Positions 41,411-55,166 of a stretch of DNA of 64,000 nt are shown piece after piece (positions within the stretch are counted from its first letter, which is position 1; each line of letters starts with the position of its first letter). The notes under the pieces were generated by a model. That model saw only the letters and a program-made list of their open reading frames with translations. It was not told the origin of the DNA and searched no databases. The DNA comes from an uncultured delta proteobacterium (GTDB lineage: Bacteria > Desulfobacterota > Binatia > UBA9968). The DNA is taken from positions 90,753-154,752 of the forward strand of contig CAWJZV010000026.1 of the NCBI GenBank assembly GCA_963847445.1, in the 5' to 3' direction. The translations under genes were made by a program, and so were the position numbers.

Positions 41411-42496
41411 ATGAGCGCAAATCTTGGCACGCGAATTATCGACGGCGACGGCCATATCATGGAAGACAACGCGGGTATCATCGCCCATATGGAGGGGGCC
41501 TACCGGGAAATCGCCGCACGCAAAGGCACCTGCTTTCCGCCCTTGGACCATCTTCATTCCGGGCGCGCCGTCGAAACCCCGCCGCAACGCGACGGACGCG
41601 CGCCGGTTGGACCAGAAGGCTGGCTGGATTTTCTTGACGACATCGGCATCGACTGGACCGTCATGTATCCGACCGTCGCACTATCCTACGGCAAAATCGT
41701 CAGTCGCGACTACGCCGTAGCGGTCTGCAAAGCTTACAACGATTGGATGTCAGACACTTACTTAAAGTTTAATTCGCGCTTCAAAGGCATGGCGATTATT
41801 CCCATGCAGGATCCAGAAGAGGCCGCCAAGGAACTGCGCCGCGCGGTTACCGAGTTGGGCATGTTGGGCGCCATGATGCCATCCAACGGACTTGCCCAGC
41901 CGCTAGGCGCTAAGCAGTATTGGCCGGTCTACGAAGAGGCCAATCGCCTCGGCTGCTGTCTCGCGGTTCACGGCGGCGCCCACGACCGCTTCGGCATGGA
42001 TCATATGAACATGTACGTGCCGGTGCACGCTCTCGGCCATCCCTGGGGCCTGACGATCAATTGCGCCGACATTCTTTACAATGGAATTTATGAACGCTTC
42101 CCGCGCGTGCGCATCGCCTTCCTCGAAGGCGGCATCGCTTGGCTGTTGCTGCTGCTCGAACGGCTCCATGCTTCGCACGAAACCCACTTTCAACATATTC
42201 CCGAAGGCGAGTTTGGCATTCGCGAACAACAGGACCCGGCCAAGGCGCTCAAAAAACTAGTCAAAGACGGCCGCCTATATCTCGGCATCGAAACCGAAGA
42301 GCTGACCATGCCCTTCGCGATAAAAGTCGTTGGCAATACGCCGTTTCTCTACTCATCGGACTTTCCCCATGAAGTCACCCATGAAAGCTGCAAACATGAC
42401 ATTGGCGAATTAATGGAAAGCGACGAGATCACCGCGGACGACAAAGCCGCCATGCTGTGGCGCAACGCCGAAACCTTTTACAAGCTGCCGCTGTAA
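41411..42496 (+). CDS. Amidohydrolase family 2 protein
   Basis: IIDGDGH, AYNDW, AVHG, FLEGG, YSSDFPH. Confidence 0.9.
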   Translation: MSANLGTRIIDGDGHIMEDNAGIIAHMEGAYREIAARKGTCFPPLDHLHSGRAVETPPQRDGRAPVGPEGWLDFLDDIGIDWTVMYPTVALSYGKIVSRDYAVAVCKAYNDWMSDTYLKFNSRFKGMAIIPMQDPEEAAKELRRAVTELGMLGAMMPSNGLAQPLGAKQYWPVYEEANRLGCCLAVHGGAHDRFGMDHMNMYVPVHALGHPWGLTINCADILYNGIYERFPRVRIAFLEGGIAWLLLLLERLHASHETHFQHIPEGEFGIREQQDPAKALKKLVKDGRLYLGIETEELTMPFAIKVVGNTPFLYSSDFPHEVTHESCKHDIGELMESDEITADDKAAMLWRNAETFYKLPL

Positions 42497-42512
42497 AATC
42501 GACGAATCCGAC

Positions 42513-42575
42513 TGGAACCCCTGGAACTTTTGGAACATACGGTTCCAATCGTTCCAGGGTTCCAGAAGCTCCAGC
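42513..42575. repeat. Inverted-arm TGGAAC/GTTCCA element
   Basis: ctggaacccctggaacttttggaac ... gttccaatcgttccagggttccag. Confidence 0.75.
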
Positions 42576-42610
42576 CGTTAACCGCCGCTCAGAAGGAAGG
42601 AAGAAGCTCC

Positions 42611-43693
42611 ATGGAAACTTGCAATGCCGCTGTCATCACCGAACATAACAAACCGCTAACCATTCAAAAGGTGCAGATCCCCAACCTCGATCCGGGATCT
42701 TTGCTGATCAAGATCACCGCCTCGACGCTGTGCGGCACCGATGTACACCGCTGGCATGGCCCGCTGGGCGACAAGGACACCCTGCCGATCGTCACCGGCC
42801 ACGAGCCCTGCGGCACCGTTCAAGACATCGCCGGCGATCGCACCGATATCTTGGGCAACCCGGTCAAGCGCGGCGATCGCGTGGTGTGGAGCTACGTCGC
42901 TTGCGGCTCTTGTTATTACTGCGCCGTCGCCTGCCAGCCTTGCATCTGCCGCGGCCGCGCGTCCTGGGGGCATAACCGCAGCGATCAACATCCCTATCTG
43001 CTCGGCAGCTGCGCCGAGTATATGTACGTGCCGAAAGAATGCTTGATCATCAAGGTTCCCGACGAAGTGACCTCGGCGTCAGCAGCGGCCTCGGCCTGCG
43101 CCTACCGCACGGTCATGCATGGTTACGACCGGCTCGGCGCGATCAAAAGTCATGAGACCGTGGTGATCCAAGGCAGCGGACCGCTCGGCAATTTTGCTAC
43201 CGCAGTTGCCAAGGACCATGGCGCCAAGAAAGTCTTGGTCATTGGCGCACCGGCCAATCGCCTGGAAGTGACCAAGAAAATGGGCGCCGACGCGGTCTTG
43301 AATCTTGAAGAAGTTACTGACGAAAAACAGCGCCGCCAATGGGTCAAGGACTATACCGACGGGCGCGGCGCCGATGTCGTCATCCAGGTCGCCAATAACA
43401 TGGCGGTGCCGGAAGGGTTAACCTTGCTGCGCGACGGCGGCCGTTACTTGAACATCGGCGCCGGCGGTAAAGCCAATATCGCCGTGGAAAAAATTCCCCA
43501 GGAAATGTTGTTCATCACCGTTCGTTCCGGCGAACCGCGCCACTGGCTCCAGGCCATCGATTTTCTCGCCTCGCGCCGAAAGACCTTTCCTTTCGAAGAG
43601 ATGATCAGCAAGAGCTACAAGCTCGAGCAAATCAACGAAGCCATGACAGCGATGGCGAACTACTCGGTGGTCAAAGCCGTGATTAATTTCTGA
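42611..43693 (+). CDS. Zinc-binding alcohol dehydrogenase (MDR family)
   Basis: LCGTD, GHE, CGSCYYC...C structural Zn site, GSGPLG. Confidence 0.92.
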   Translation: METCNAAVITEHNKPLTIQKVQIPNLDPGSLLIKITASTLCGTDVHRWHGPLGDKDTLPIVTGHEPCGTVQDIAGDRTDILGNPVKRGDRVVWSYVACGSCYYCAVACQPCICRGRASWGHNRSDQHPYLLGSCAEYMYVPKECLIIKVPDEVTSASAAASACAYRTVMHGYDRLGAIKSHETVVIQGSGPLGNFATAVAKDHGAKKVLVIGAPANRLEVTKKMGADAVLNLEEVTDEKQRRQWVKDYTDGRGADVVIQVANNMAVPEGLTLLRDGGRYLNIGAGGKANIAVEKIPQEMLFITVRSGEPRHWLQAIDFLASRRKTFPFEEMISKSYKLEQINEAMTAMANYSVVKAVINF

Positions 43694-43754
43694 CAGGGCG
43701 TGAGGCGTGAGGCAGAATCGGATTCGCCCAGCAGCGACTGCTAGAATTCTGCAA

Positions 43755-44507
43755 CTAAGAAACGAGCGGGGGCCTGGTCCCCCGCTCGATGACCTGCCCG
43801 TTGACCGCCGCGCTTTCGCGGCTCGCTAAATAAACTACCGTCGCAGCCATGTAATCCGCCGGGCGGATCCGGCCGGCCTGCAGCGACTGTCTGACATATT
43901 CGGCGCTCTTACCCCGGCGCCACATCGGCGTATCGGTGCCGCCCGGCTCGACGGCATTGATCGTCACGTCGACGCCGAGTTGCTTGAACTCGGCGGCAAT
44001 TGTACGCGTGAACGCCTCCACACCGCCCTTCGACGCCGAGTAAGCCGAATTGGTCGCGTTGCCCTTCACATGGCCGGACGAAAAGTGAACGATCCGGCCG
44101 TAGCCGCGCGCGATCATGCCGCGCGCCACCGCCTGCGTGCACAGGAACGGCCCCTTCAAATTGGTCCCGATCACCTGATCCCAGACATTTTCCGGCATAT
44201 CTAACAGTGGATACTTGATCATCACGCCCGCGCTGTTGATCAGTATGTCGATCTTGCCGTCTCGGCTGACGATATCGCCGACTAGGTTGTTAATTTGACC
44301 GCGATCGGTGACATCGAGTTGCGCGCCGTGCACGGTGATGCCGCCACTGCGCAGCTCAGCCACCGCCCGATCTATTGCCGCAGCATCGCGCGAAGCCAGC
44401 CAAACCTGCGCGCCGGCATTGCCCAGTGCCTGGGCCATCGCCCGGCCAATACCGGTCGCACCGCCGGTGATGAGCGCCACTTGTCCGGTTAAATCATGAT
44501 CTGCCAC
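43755..44507 (-). CDS. Short-chain dehydrogenase/reductase
   Basis: TGGATGIG, NSAG, YSASK. Confidence 0.92.
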   Translation of the reverse strand: MADHDLTGQVALITGGATGIGRAMAQALGNAGAQVWLASRDAAAIDRAVAELRSGGITVHGAQLDVTDRGQINNLVGDIVSRDGKIDILINSAGVMIKYPLLDMPENVWDQVIGTNLKGPFLCTQAVARGMIARGYGRIVHFSSGHVKGNATNSAYSASKGGVEAFTRTIAAEFKQLGVDVTINAVEPGGTDTPMWRRGKSAEYVRQSLQAGRIRPADYMAATVVYLASRESAAVNGQVIERGTRPPLVS

Positions 44508-44700
44508 TGTCGCACTCCTTCAGCATGGGTTGCGATGCGCGCGCGAAACTTGCGAATGATGACAATTGCTGCGCCATCGCACGAGTGATGCCGATCATAG
44601 GGAGAGTGGAAAAGATTGGCAACTAGAGTAGTTCGTCTTAAAGGGTACTTGTACGTCGATATAACGAATCGCCTGATTCGGCCGCAAGGTTTGACCACAG

Positions 44701-44946
44701 AGAGCCTGGCGCGGCAGAGCCGCAACCAAAACTCGAATTATCTCCCGTAACGGCGCACATAGCGCGAAGATCACGGGCCGATGCACGTCATCCCGAGTGG
44801 ACGCGAGGAATCAAGAAAGCTTTCTCCCCGTGGTCGAAATGACAACAACTCCGAATTGGCGAGCTTTAGCTCTAGGCGGGAGTCAATTCCTCAGTTCGAG
44901 TAGCCAAATCACCGGAAAATTTAGGCGAGCCGCGCAAACTTTCAAC
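44701..44946. repeat. Composite nested repeat element (MITE-like)
   Basis: Left end gcgcggcagagccgcaacc (reverse-complement match to the 31788..31809 motif), arms ctcccg.../...cgggag, nested gtcatcccgag...cgaaatgac palindrome. Confidence 0.55.
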
Positions 44947-45096
44947 GAAGACCACTAATTTGTCGGGGCAAGGCGCGCATTACCGTCCAATCGAACCCTT
45001 CTTGATCTTTTTGATGAGTTAATCCGGATAAACGACCGAGAGCGTGAGACACTGCACTTGAGTGGCGCGAGAAAGGTGGTGCCGCCGTGACCAATT

Positions 45097-46629
45097 TCAC
45101 GAACCGCTGGCGGGCAGCGGCACCGTGAACCAAAAACTGCTGCCTTTCCCCGGCTCGCTCTCGACACCGATCGCTCCGCCCATGGATTCAACCAGCTCTT
45201 TGGCGATCGCTAAGCCGAGACCCGTGCCGCCGAAGTTCCTGGTGCACGAACCATCTGCCTGGACGAAACGCTCGAAGATGACCGCTTGCTTCTCCGCCGC
45301 AATACCGACACCGGTGTCGACAATCGCGAAGCAAACCGCACCTTCAAGCGCGTGCAGAGGACCGGCGCCGAAGCGCACGCCAAGCGCGCTTGGCACCATA
45401 CCGCCGACATCGACGCGGATTTCACCCTGTGCGGTGAACTTGAGCGCATTGGCGAGCAAGCGGTGCAGCACTTGTTTTAGGCGTGTGCGATCGCCACGCA
45501 CGCGAGCCGGCAGATCCGGTGCAATCGATAGGGTAAACCTTAGCCCCTTCTGCTGCGCCAAGCCGCGGTAAGACTCGCTCACTTCTTGCAAGCATGGGCC
45601 GAGGTCGAAGACCGATGGCTCGGCAGTCGATCGCCCCCCTGCCAAATCCGCCATGGTAAGGAGTTCCTCGATGACACCCATCAAGGATGCCGCGCAGGTT
45701 TGAATCGTTTCTGCGCAGTCGCGCTGGTCGTCGGTCAATTCGCTCTCGGCCAATAATTCCGCCATGCCGATGACGCCGTTCAACGGCGTACGCAGTTCAT
45801 GGCTCATGTTGGCGAGGAGTTCCGACTTGGCACGGCTGGCGGACTCGGCTTCAATCTTGGCGCGTGCCAGCGCAAGCTCTATGCGCTTGCGCGCGGTCAA
45901 GTCGACGCCATAGCCGCGGACGATCCGTTCGCCGGCCACCGGCACGAGCTTCCACTCATAACAATGATCGCCGACGTTGACTTCGATGGGGCCGATTTCA
46001 CTTTGTCCGGCTATACAGTCCGCCGTCAATGCTTCGATATTTTCGGGCAACACCGCGGCATGCAGGCCGGCGCCGAAGCCAAATCGATCCATCAAACTCA
46101 TCATCACCGGATTGGCGTGGATTAGGTTGGCGTCCTCGTTGAGTTCGACGATGGCGAGGGGACAGGCCTCCGCAATGGATGCCAGACTGCGCAAATCCTT
46201 CTCCACCGCCAGTTCGCGCGTGATGTCATTGAAAGTCAAGATAGCGCCCATGCCGCCGCCGGTAGAATAGCGCGAGCAACGGTACTCGACAGGCTTCGCT
46301 ACCGCACCACGGCAGGAAAGCCACATGCGCCCGGGGGATGCGATATTCTCACCCTCGAGAGTGCGAGCAATCGGACAATTTTCCGGCTTGGCCGTAAGCT
46401 CCTCCAAATAGCAATCGAACCACTCATGGGCTGGCTGGCCGATCAATTTCGCCGCCGGCCAACCGAGAAAACGCTCGGCGTGCTGATTGAGCATGAGAAT
46501 TTTGCCCTTGCCATCGGTGAGCAACGCGCCCGACGGCAGGCCGTCGAGCAAGAACTGCACAACGTCGCCGGCGGCGTCATCGTTAGGACGGCAAGGCATC
46601 GCCGGACTGGGAAAATTGAGGACGCTCAT
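45097..46629 (-). CDS. Cytoplasmic PAS-domain sensor histidine kinase (no receiver domain)
   Basis: ANMSHELRTPLNG H-box, ANALKFT, DTGVGI, GGTGLGL; PAS-like N-terminus. Confidence 0.92.
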   Translation of the reverse strand: MSVLNFPSPAMPCRPNDDAAGDVVQFLLDGLPSGALLTDGKGKILMLNQHAERFLGWPAAKLIGQPAHEWFDCYLEELTAKPENCPIARTLEGENIASPGRMWLSCRGAVAKPVEYRCSRYSTGGGMGAILTFNDITRELAVEKDLRSLASIAEACPLAIVELNEDANLIHANPVMMSLMDRFGFGAGLHAAVLPENIEALTADCIAGQSEIGPIEVNVGDHCYEWKLVPVAGERIVRGYGVDLTARKRIELALARAKIEAESASRAKSELLANMSHELRTPLNGVIGMAELLAESELTDDQRDCAETIQTCAASLMGVIEELLTMADLAGGRSTAEPSVFDLGPCLQEVSESYRGLAQQKGLRFTLSIAPDLPARVRGDRTRLKQVLHRLLANALKFTAQGEIRVDVGGMVPSALGVRFGAGPLHALEGAVCFAIVDTGVGIAAEKQAVIFERFVQADGSCTRNFGGTGLGLAIAKELVESMGGAIGVESEPGKGSSFWFTVPLPASGS

Positions 46630-47912
46630 GCCAACGCTCCCGGCGCCAATCTCATAAAAACCAGTGGATCGATGCGCTCCTTGACTGGGTCGAGCACGGC
46701 GACGATGCGACGCTCTATGGCGTCCTTGGCAACGTCCGCTAAGCCGATGACCGGGCCATTGAACTGAATCAAGCCGCTGCGCGACATGATCACGCGCACC
46801 ACCGGTTTCAACGCCGCCAAACGGCTGGTCGCCACCACTACGCCCCGTTCGCCGGTGTTGAGTTCCACCACACTGCCGATCGGGTAAACGCCCAAGCTGC
46901 GGATTACTTTTTCGACCAGAGCGCGGTCGGCAGAGCCGGAATTGGCTTGCAGATAAAGCTGGCGCAGCACTTCGGTGGGTTGCAACGCAACCTGATTGCG
47001 CCCCGACAACATATCGTCATAACTGTCGGTGAGCGCGACGATCTGACTGTAAAGACTCAGGTCGGCGCCGCCAGAGGGATAGCCCGAGCCATCGATGCGC
47101 TCATGGTGGGCGAGCACGATGCTCTGCGCCATCGGCGCGATGCCCGGAGCTTGCGCTAACAGCGCCGCGCCAAGAGCCGGATGCTGTTTCAGCAAATTGG
47201 CTTCACTGTCGGTAAAATTATTGGTTTTGTGCAGCAGCGCCCTCGGCAAACGAGTCTCGCCGATATCATGGAGCAGCGCAGCCATTCCCAGCGTCGCGAT
47301 GTCGTCGCCAAGATCCTCGGCTAGCGCCACCACCAGCGACAACACGCAAACGTTGACCGCATGGGTAAATAGATCCGTTTGAAAACGGCGCATCTGCATG
47401 AGCAGCAGGCTCGCCTCTGGCGAGCGCATGATGCTCGCCTGGAGCTGCATTACCGCTTGTGCGGCGATCTTGCCGTCGATGCGCGACCCTCCGCCGACGC
47501 CGTCAAATATCGTCTGCGCTAGAGTCAACGCCTCGTCGTGGATCGCCCGGGCGTTTTCGAGTTCCCGAGCCAGTGGTTGAAAGGCTAACTCAGCGGCCGA
47601 CAGCGGTGCTTGTGCAGCGACCGCATGGCCGTCGGCGAGATGATCCTCGCTGGCTGAACTCGCCGGCGCGCCGGCCTTAACGGGACTGTCGCCCAGGGCA
47701 TCCGCCACATCAACACCGCGCGCGGTATCGATCACCACTTCGCGGGTGCCATGCTTCTTGAGCTGTTCGATCTCTTCGGTCCGTTGAATCAGCTTGCGAT
47801 GAAACAGAAACGGCGTCTTTAACCAGGAACGGTCCAAACCGACGACGTACATGCCAATACGCACATCGGCGATCGCTACCCGTTTTCTCGTGGTGATGTC
47901 TTCGTGGTCCAT
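46626..47912 (-). CDS. HD-GYP phosphodiesterase with DUF3391-like N-terminal domain
   Basis: IGMYVVGLDRSWLKTPFL, HAVNV, LLHDIG, HHERIDGSGYP, GVYPIGSVVELNTGE. Confidence 0.9.
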   Translation of the reverse strand: MDHEDITTRKRVAIADVRIGMYVVGLDRSWLKTPFLFHRKLIQRTEEIEQLKKHGTREVVIDTARGVDVADALGDSPVKAGAPASSASEDHLADGHAVAAQAPLSAAELAFQPLARELENARAIHDEALTLAQTIFDGVGGGSRIDGKIAAQAVMQLQASIMRSPEASLLLMQMRRFQTDLFTHAVNVCVLSLVVALAEDLGDDIATLGMAALLHDIGETRLPRALLHKTNNFTDSEANLLKQHPALGAALLAQAPGIAPMAQSIVLAHHERIDGSGYPSGGADLSLYSQIVALTDSYDDMLSGRNQVALQPTEVLRQLYLQANSGSADRALVEKVIRSLGVYPIGSVVELNTGERGVVVATSRLAALKPVVRVIMSRSGLIQFNGPVIGLADVAKDAIERRIVAVLDPVKERIDPLVFMRLAPGALA

Positions 47913-48153
47913 GTTGTCCTGCCTATTGAGAGTTAACAATGCGGTGTATGGCAGGCCGCAGCCTGTCACCAACAGCTAAGCTATCGGCAGGTGAACAAAG
48001 AAGTTAAATGGCGCCGGCCCAGGGACAGCGGCGGATGGCTAAAGGCAGATTCCGCAGTTGGAAACTGAAGGATAGTCGGGTCTAAACCAACGGGTTCGAA
48101 ATCTTTCGATTCGAAGTTGACTTCCCTGCCGTCATTCGAGGCTGTGGCGCAAT

Positions 48154-48394
48154 TGTCATTCCGAGGCAAAACCGAGGAATCTCGTCTTCGGAAGTAGCGG
48201 ATAAGACGAGTCTTGTAGGTCGGGTTAGCCTAGCGTAACCCGACTCAGGTGGCCCACCACTGACAGCAACTTCAACGTCTCGCGTGATAATTTGAATTCA
48301 GCAGAAGCATCTCAGTCCGATCGCCGTCGACCAAGTGCTCCAGCGTCGCCATTCTGAAGTACCGTTGGCGATGTGAGACTCTAACCCAACCTAG
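48154..48394. repeat. REP cluster: GTCAT-type palindrome plus an inverted pair of GTAG-type REPs
   Basis: tgtcattccgagg...cgaggaatctc; gtaggtcgggttagcctagcgtaacccgac at 48215 with partner taacccaacctag at 48382. Confidence 0.6.
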
Positions 48395-48442
48395 CAAATT
48401 TCTCCAAACTTCGTGCCCTTCGTGTTGAACACTCTCTTCGCT

Positions 48443-49877
<1,435 letters not shown>

Positions 49878-49925
49878 CGATAATTTCCGCGATCCCGCCC
49901 TAGCCGATTGAACTCTCGAACCAAG

Positions 49926-52152
<2,227 letters not shown>

Positions 52153-52160
<8 letters not shown>

Positions 52161-52863
52161 GGCGCTTCACCCCTTCGGCTACGGCGGCGGCGATCGATGT
52201 GAACAACTTCGCGCCGTCGTCGCTGCCGAGCAACCTGTTGCAGGCGTCTTCCGGATGGGGCATCAAACCGAAGACATTGCCTCCTTCGTTACAAACCCCG
52301 GCGATGTTTTCCACCGAACCGTTGGGATTGGCCGCCGGCGTGGCTTTGCCCTTGGCATCGACGTAGTGCAGCAAGATCTGACGGTTTTTATGCATGCGTT
52401 CGAGGGTGGCGGCGTCGGCGAAATAACAGCCTTCGCCATGCTTGACAGGCATTTTCACAAGCTGGCCTTTTTTCAGGTTGTGCGTTAACGGCGAGTCACT
52501 CTCCTCGACCCGCAGATGCACCGGCTGGCAGATGAACTGAAGCCCAACATTGCGCACCAGCGCGCCAGGCAGCAGGCCCACTTCGCAGAGAATCTGGAAA
52601 CCATTGCAAATGCCTAGAACCAAACCGCCGCGCCGGGCATGCTCGACGACGCCCCCCATGATCGGCGAAAACCGCGCCATGGCACCGCAGCGCAGATAAT
52701 CGCCGTAGGAGAACCCGCCGGGCAATACCAGACAATCGAATTCGCCGCTGAGCTCGTCTTTGTGCCAAAGCTTTTCGACGCTCTGGTTCAAGTCGAGCTC
52801 GAGCGCATCGACGACATCTTGGTCATCGCAAGAACCGGGAAATGTAATGACACCCCAACGCAT
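52153..52863 (-). CDS. purQ: Phosphoribosylformylglycinamidine synthase subunit PurQ
   Basis: [26 protein letters not shown]. Confidence 0.98.
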
Positions 52864-52875
52864 GGTTTTAACTCA

Positions 52876-52973
52876 ATGAAAAATGGCGAAGGCAAAAGGC
52901 AAAACTTTCAGATCGTCGCCCGCCAACATCAGAGTCCGATCATTTGGCATTGTGCATTTTACATTTTTCATTT
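52876..52973. repeat. Inverted-arm heptamer element within the pur operon
   Basis: aatgaaaaatggcgaaggcaaaaggcaaaa ... tttggcattgtgcattttacatttttcattt. Confidence 0.65.
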
Positions 52974-53008
52974 TGTAGTCAATCGGCTAACCGGCGATTC
53001 AACGCCAA

Positions 53009-53251
53009 CTACTCTTGAATCTCGAAGCGGTAATCTTCGATCACCGTGTTACTCAACAACTTATCGCACATCTCGCGCACCCGCAGCTCCGCGTTCGCGC
53101 GCGACATGGACTCCATCTCGATCTCCAAGTATTTACCCATGCGCACGTCCTGCACTTCTTTGTAACCCAAAGTGTGCAGCGACCGCTCGATGGCCTTGCC
53201 CTGGGGATCGAGTACACCGGTTTTCAGCGAGACAAATATCTTTACGCGCAT
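53009..53251 (-). CDS. purS: Phosphoribosylformylglycinamidine synthase subunit PurS
   Basis: LKTGVLDPQGKA, MCDKLLSNTVIEDY. Confidence 0.97.
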   Translation of the reverse strand: MRVKIFVSLKTGVLDPQGKAIERSLHTLGYKEVQDVRMGKYLEIEMESMSRANAELRVREMCDKLLSNTVIEDYRFEIQE

Positions 53252-53277
53252 GATGGTTAACTTTCAGCCAAATGAAA

Positions 53278-54570
53278 CTATTGGAACGCCCGGCGGAAAA
53301 TAAAATCGATATGGGTCAAATGCTGCTTAACGCCCCAGATTGCCTCAATCTCCTTGGGCGACAAGTACCGCCGGATCTCCCCGTCGCCGAGCAGTTCGCG
53401 CTTCATATCGCCACCTTCGCGGCCGACTTTGAGCGCATGGCGCTGGACCATGCGATAGGCGGTGTCGCGGGCGATGCCTTTGCCGACCAAGGCGAGCAAG
53501 ACCTTTTCTGAAAAAACCGTGCCGCCGCTTTTTTCCAGATTGCGCCGCATGTTGTCGGGATAGACACAGAGATTGCCGAGCACGTAGGTCATGCGCCGCA
53601 GCATGAAGTCCAAGGCGATGGTGGCGTCCGGCGCGATCACACGCTCGACCGAGGAATGGCTGATATCGCGCTCATGCCAGAGCGGCACATTCTCCATGGC
53701 AGCCACCGCGTAGGATCGCATCAGGCGCGCTAGGCCCGAGACGTTTTCGGAAAGAATCGGATTACGCTTGTGCGGCATCGCCGAAGAGCCCTTTTGTCCC
53801 TGGGTAAACGGCTCCTCCGCTTCCTGCACTTCGGTGCGCTGCAAGTGGCGAATTTCCACGGCGAACTTTTCCAGCGAACTGGCGATGATCGCCAACGTCG
53901 CGAAGTAGTAGGCGTGGCGGTCGCGCTGGATGATTTGATTGGACACCAGCGCCGGTTTCAAACCGGCCTTGCGGCAGACATAGGCTTCGACCTTGGGCGA
54001 GATCTGCGCGAAGGTGCCAACGGCGCCGGAAATCTGGCCGACGCAAATATCGTCCACCGCGGCGCGAAAGCGCACCAGATGGCGCGCCATCTCTTGATAC
54101 CAAAGCGCCAGCTTGAGACCGAAGGTGATCGGTTCGGCATGCACGCCATGGGTGCGGCCGATCTGCACCGTCCATTTGTACTTGCGCGCCTGCTGGCGCA
54201 GCGCCTTCATGAGACCCTTGATATCGTCTTCGAGGATCGCCGAGGCATCTTTGAATTGCAGCGCCAACGCCGTATCCATGACATCCGACGAGGTCATGCC
54301 GACGTGAAGATAACGCGCATCGTCGCCGATGGATTCGGCGACGCTGCTCAAAAACGCGATGATCTCATGCTTGACCTCGGCTTCGATCTCGCGAATGCGC
54401 TTGACGTCGAAGCGTGCCTTTTTGCGAATCCGCAGGATCGCCGCCTTGGGCACTTTGCCCAACTGCGCCAAACCTTCGGCGGCGAGGATTTCCACTTCGA
54501 GCCATTTCTGGAAATTATTTTCTTCCGACCAGATATGACCCATCTCCGGCCGCGTATAACGCGCAATCAT
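53278..54570 (-). CDS. purB: Adenylosuccinate lyase
   Basis: MIARYTRPEM, GRTHGVHAEP, KGSSAMPHKRNP. Confidence 0.98.
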   Translation of the reverse strand: MIARYTRPEMGHIWSEENNFQKWLEVEILAAEGLAQLGKVPKAAILRIRKKARFDVKRIREIEAEVKHEIIAFLSSVAESIGDDARYLHVGMTSSDVMDTALALQFKDASAILEDDIKGLMKALRQQARKYKWTVQIGRTHGVHAEPITFGLKLALWYQEMARHLVRFRAAVDDICVGQISGAVGTFAQISPKVEAYVCRKAGLKPALVSNQIIQRDRHAYYFATLAIIASSLEKFAVEIRHLQRTEVQEAEEPFTQGQKGSSAMPHKRNPILSENVSGLARLMRSYAVAAMENVPLWHERDISHSSVERVIAPDATIALDFMLRRMTYVLGNLCVYPDNMRRNLEKSGGTVFSEKVLLALVGKGIARDTAYRMVQRHALKVGREGGDMKRELLGDGEIRRYLSPKEIEAIWGVKQHLTHIDFIFRRAFQ

Positions 54571-54645
54571 GTTCCTAAGATGCCCTTCGCTCGCTCAAAA
54601 GTCCAAACATCGAATCAGCAAAATTTAAAATCCGCGCATCCGGCC

Positions 54646-54674
54646 TTGAACTTTTGAACCTTGAACCCTTGAAC
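54646..54674. repeat. Tandem TTGAAC array
   Basis: ttgaacttttgaaccttgaacccttgaac. Confidence 0.75.
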
Positions 54675-55129
54675 TATTTCTCATCCGTATGCCCGAAGCC
54701 GCCCGTTTGCCGTTCCGACGGTGGTAACTCGCGCACTTCTTGCCATTCGGCGCGAACGACGCGCTGAACGATCATCTGGGCGATCCGTTGGCCGGGTTCA
54801 ATGACGATGGGCTCGTCGCCGAGATTGATCGCGATCACTTGGATCTCGCCGCGATAGTCGGCATCGATGGTGCCGGGACTATTGACCAGGGTCATGCCCT
54901 GCTTTAATGCCAAACCGCTGCGCGGCCGGATCTGCGCTTCGAAGCCCATCGGCAAGGCGATCGCGATGCCGGTGGGAATCAACACTCGCGCCATCGGCGC
55001 CAGCGTCATGTCGGCCGCGATGTCGGCGCCCAGATCCATTCCCGCGGCGCCGTCGGTCATGTAAGCTGGCAGGGCCGAAGCATGATCGCTTGGCCGCACC
55101 CGCTTGATCTGAATGCGAATCTGTTCCAC
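54674..55129 (-). CDS. dut: dUTP diphosphatase
   Basis: [33 protein letters not shown]. Confidence 0.97.
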   Translation of the reverse strand: MEQIRIQIKRVRPSDHASALPAYMTDGAAGMDLGADIAADMTLAPMARVLIPTGIAIALPMGFEAQIRPRSGLALKQGMTLVNSPGTIDADYRGEIQVIAINLGDEPIVIEPGQRIAQMIVQRVVRAEWQEVRELPPSERQTGGFGHTDEK

Positions 55130-55166
55130 TGACGAACCGATTGATTATTTAAGAAACCGGCGAGCG

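Noticed and set aside
48044-48090. Possible c-di-GMP-I (GEMM) riboswitch upstream of the HD-GYP gene (GGCAGA...CGGGTCTAA)
   Set aside because: It lacks the GCAAA junction and a closing P1 stem, and it lies on the strand pointing away from the gene.
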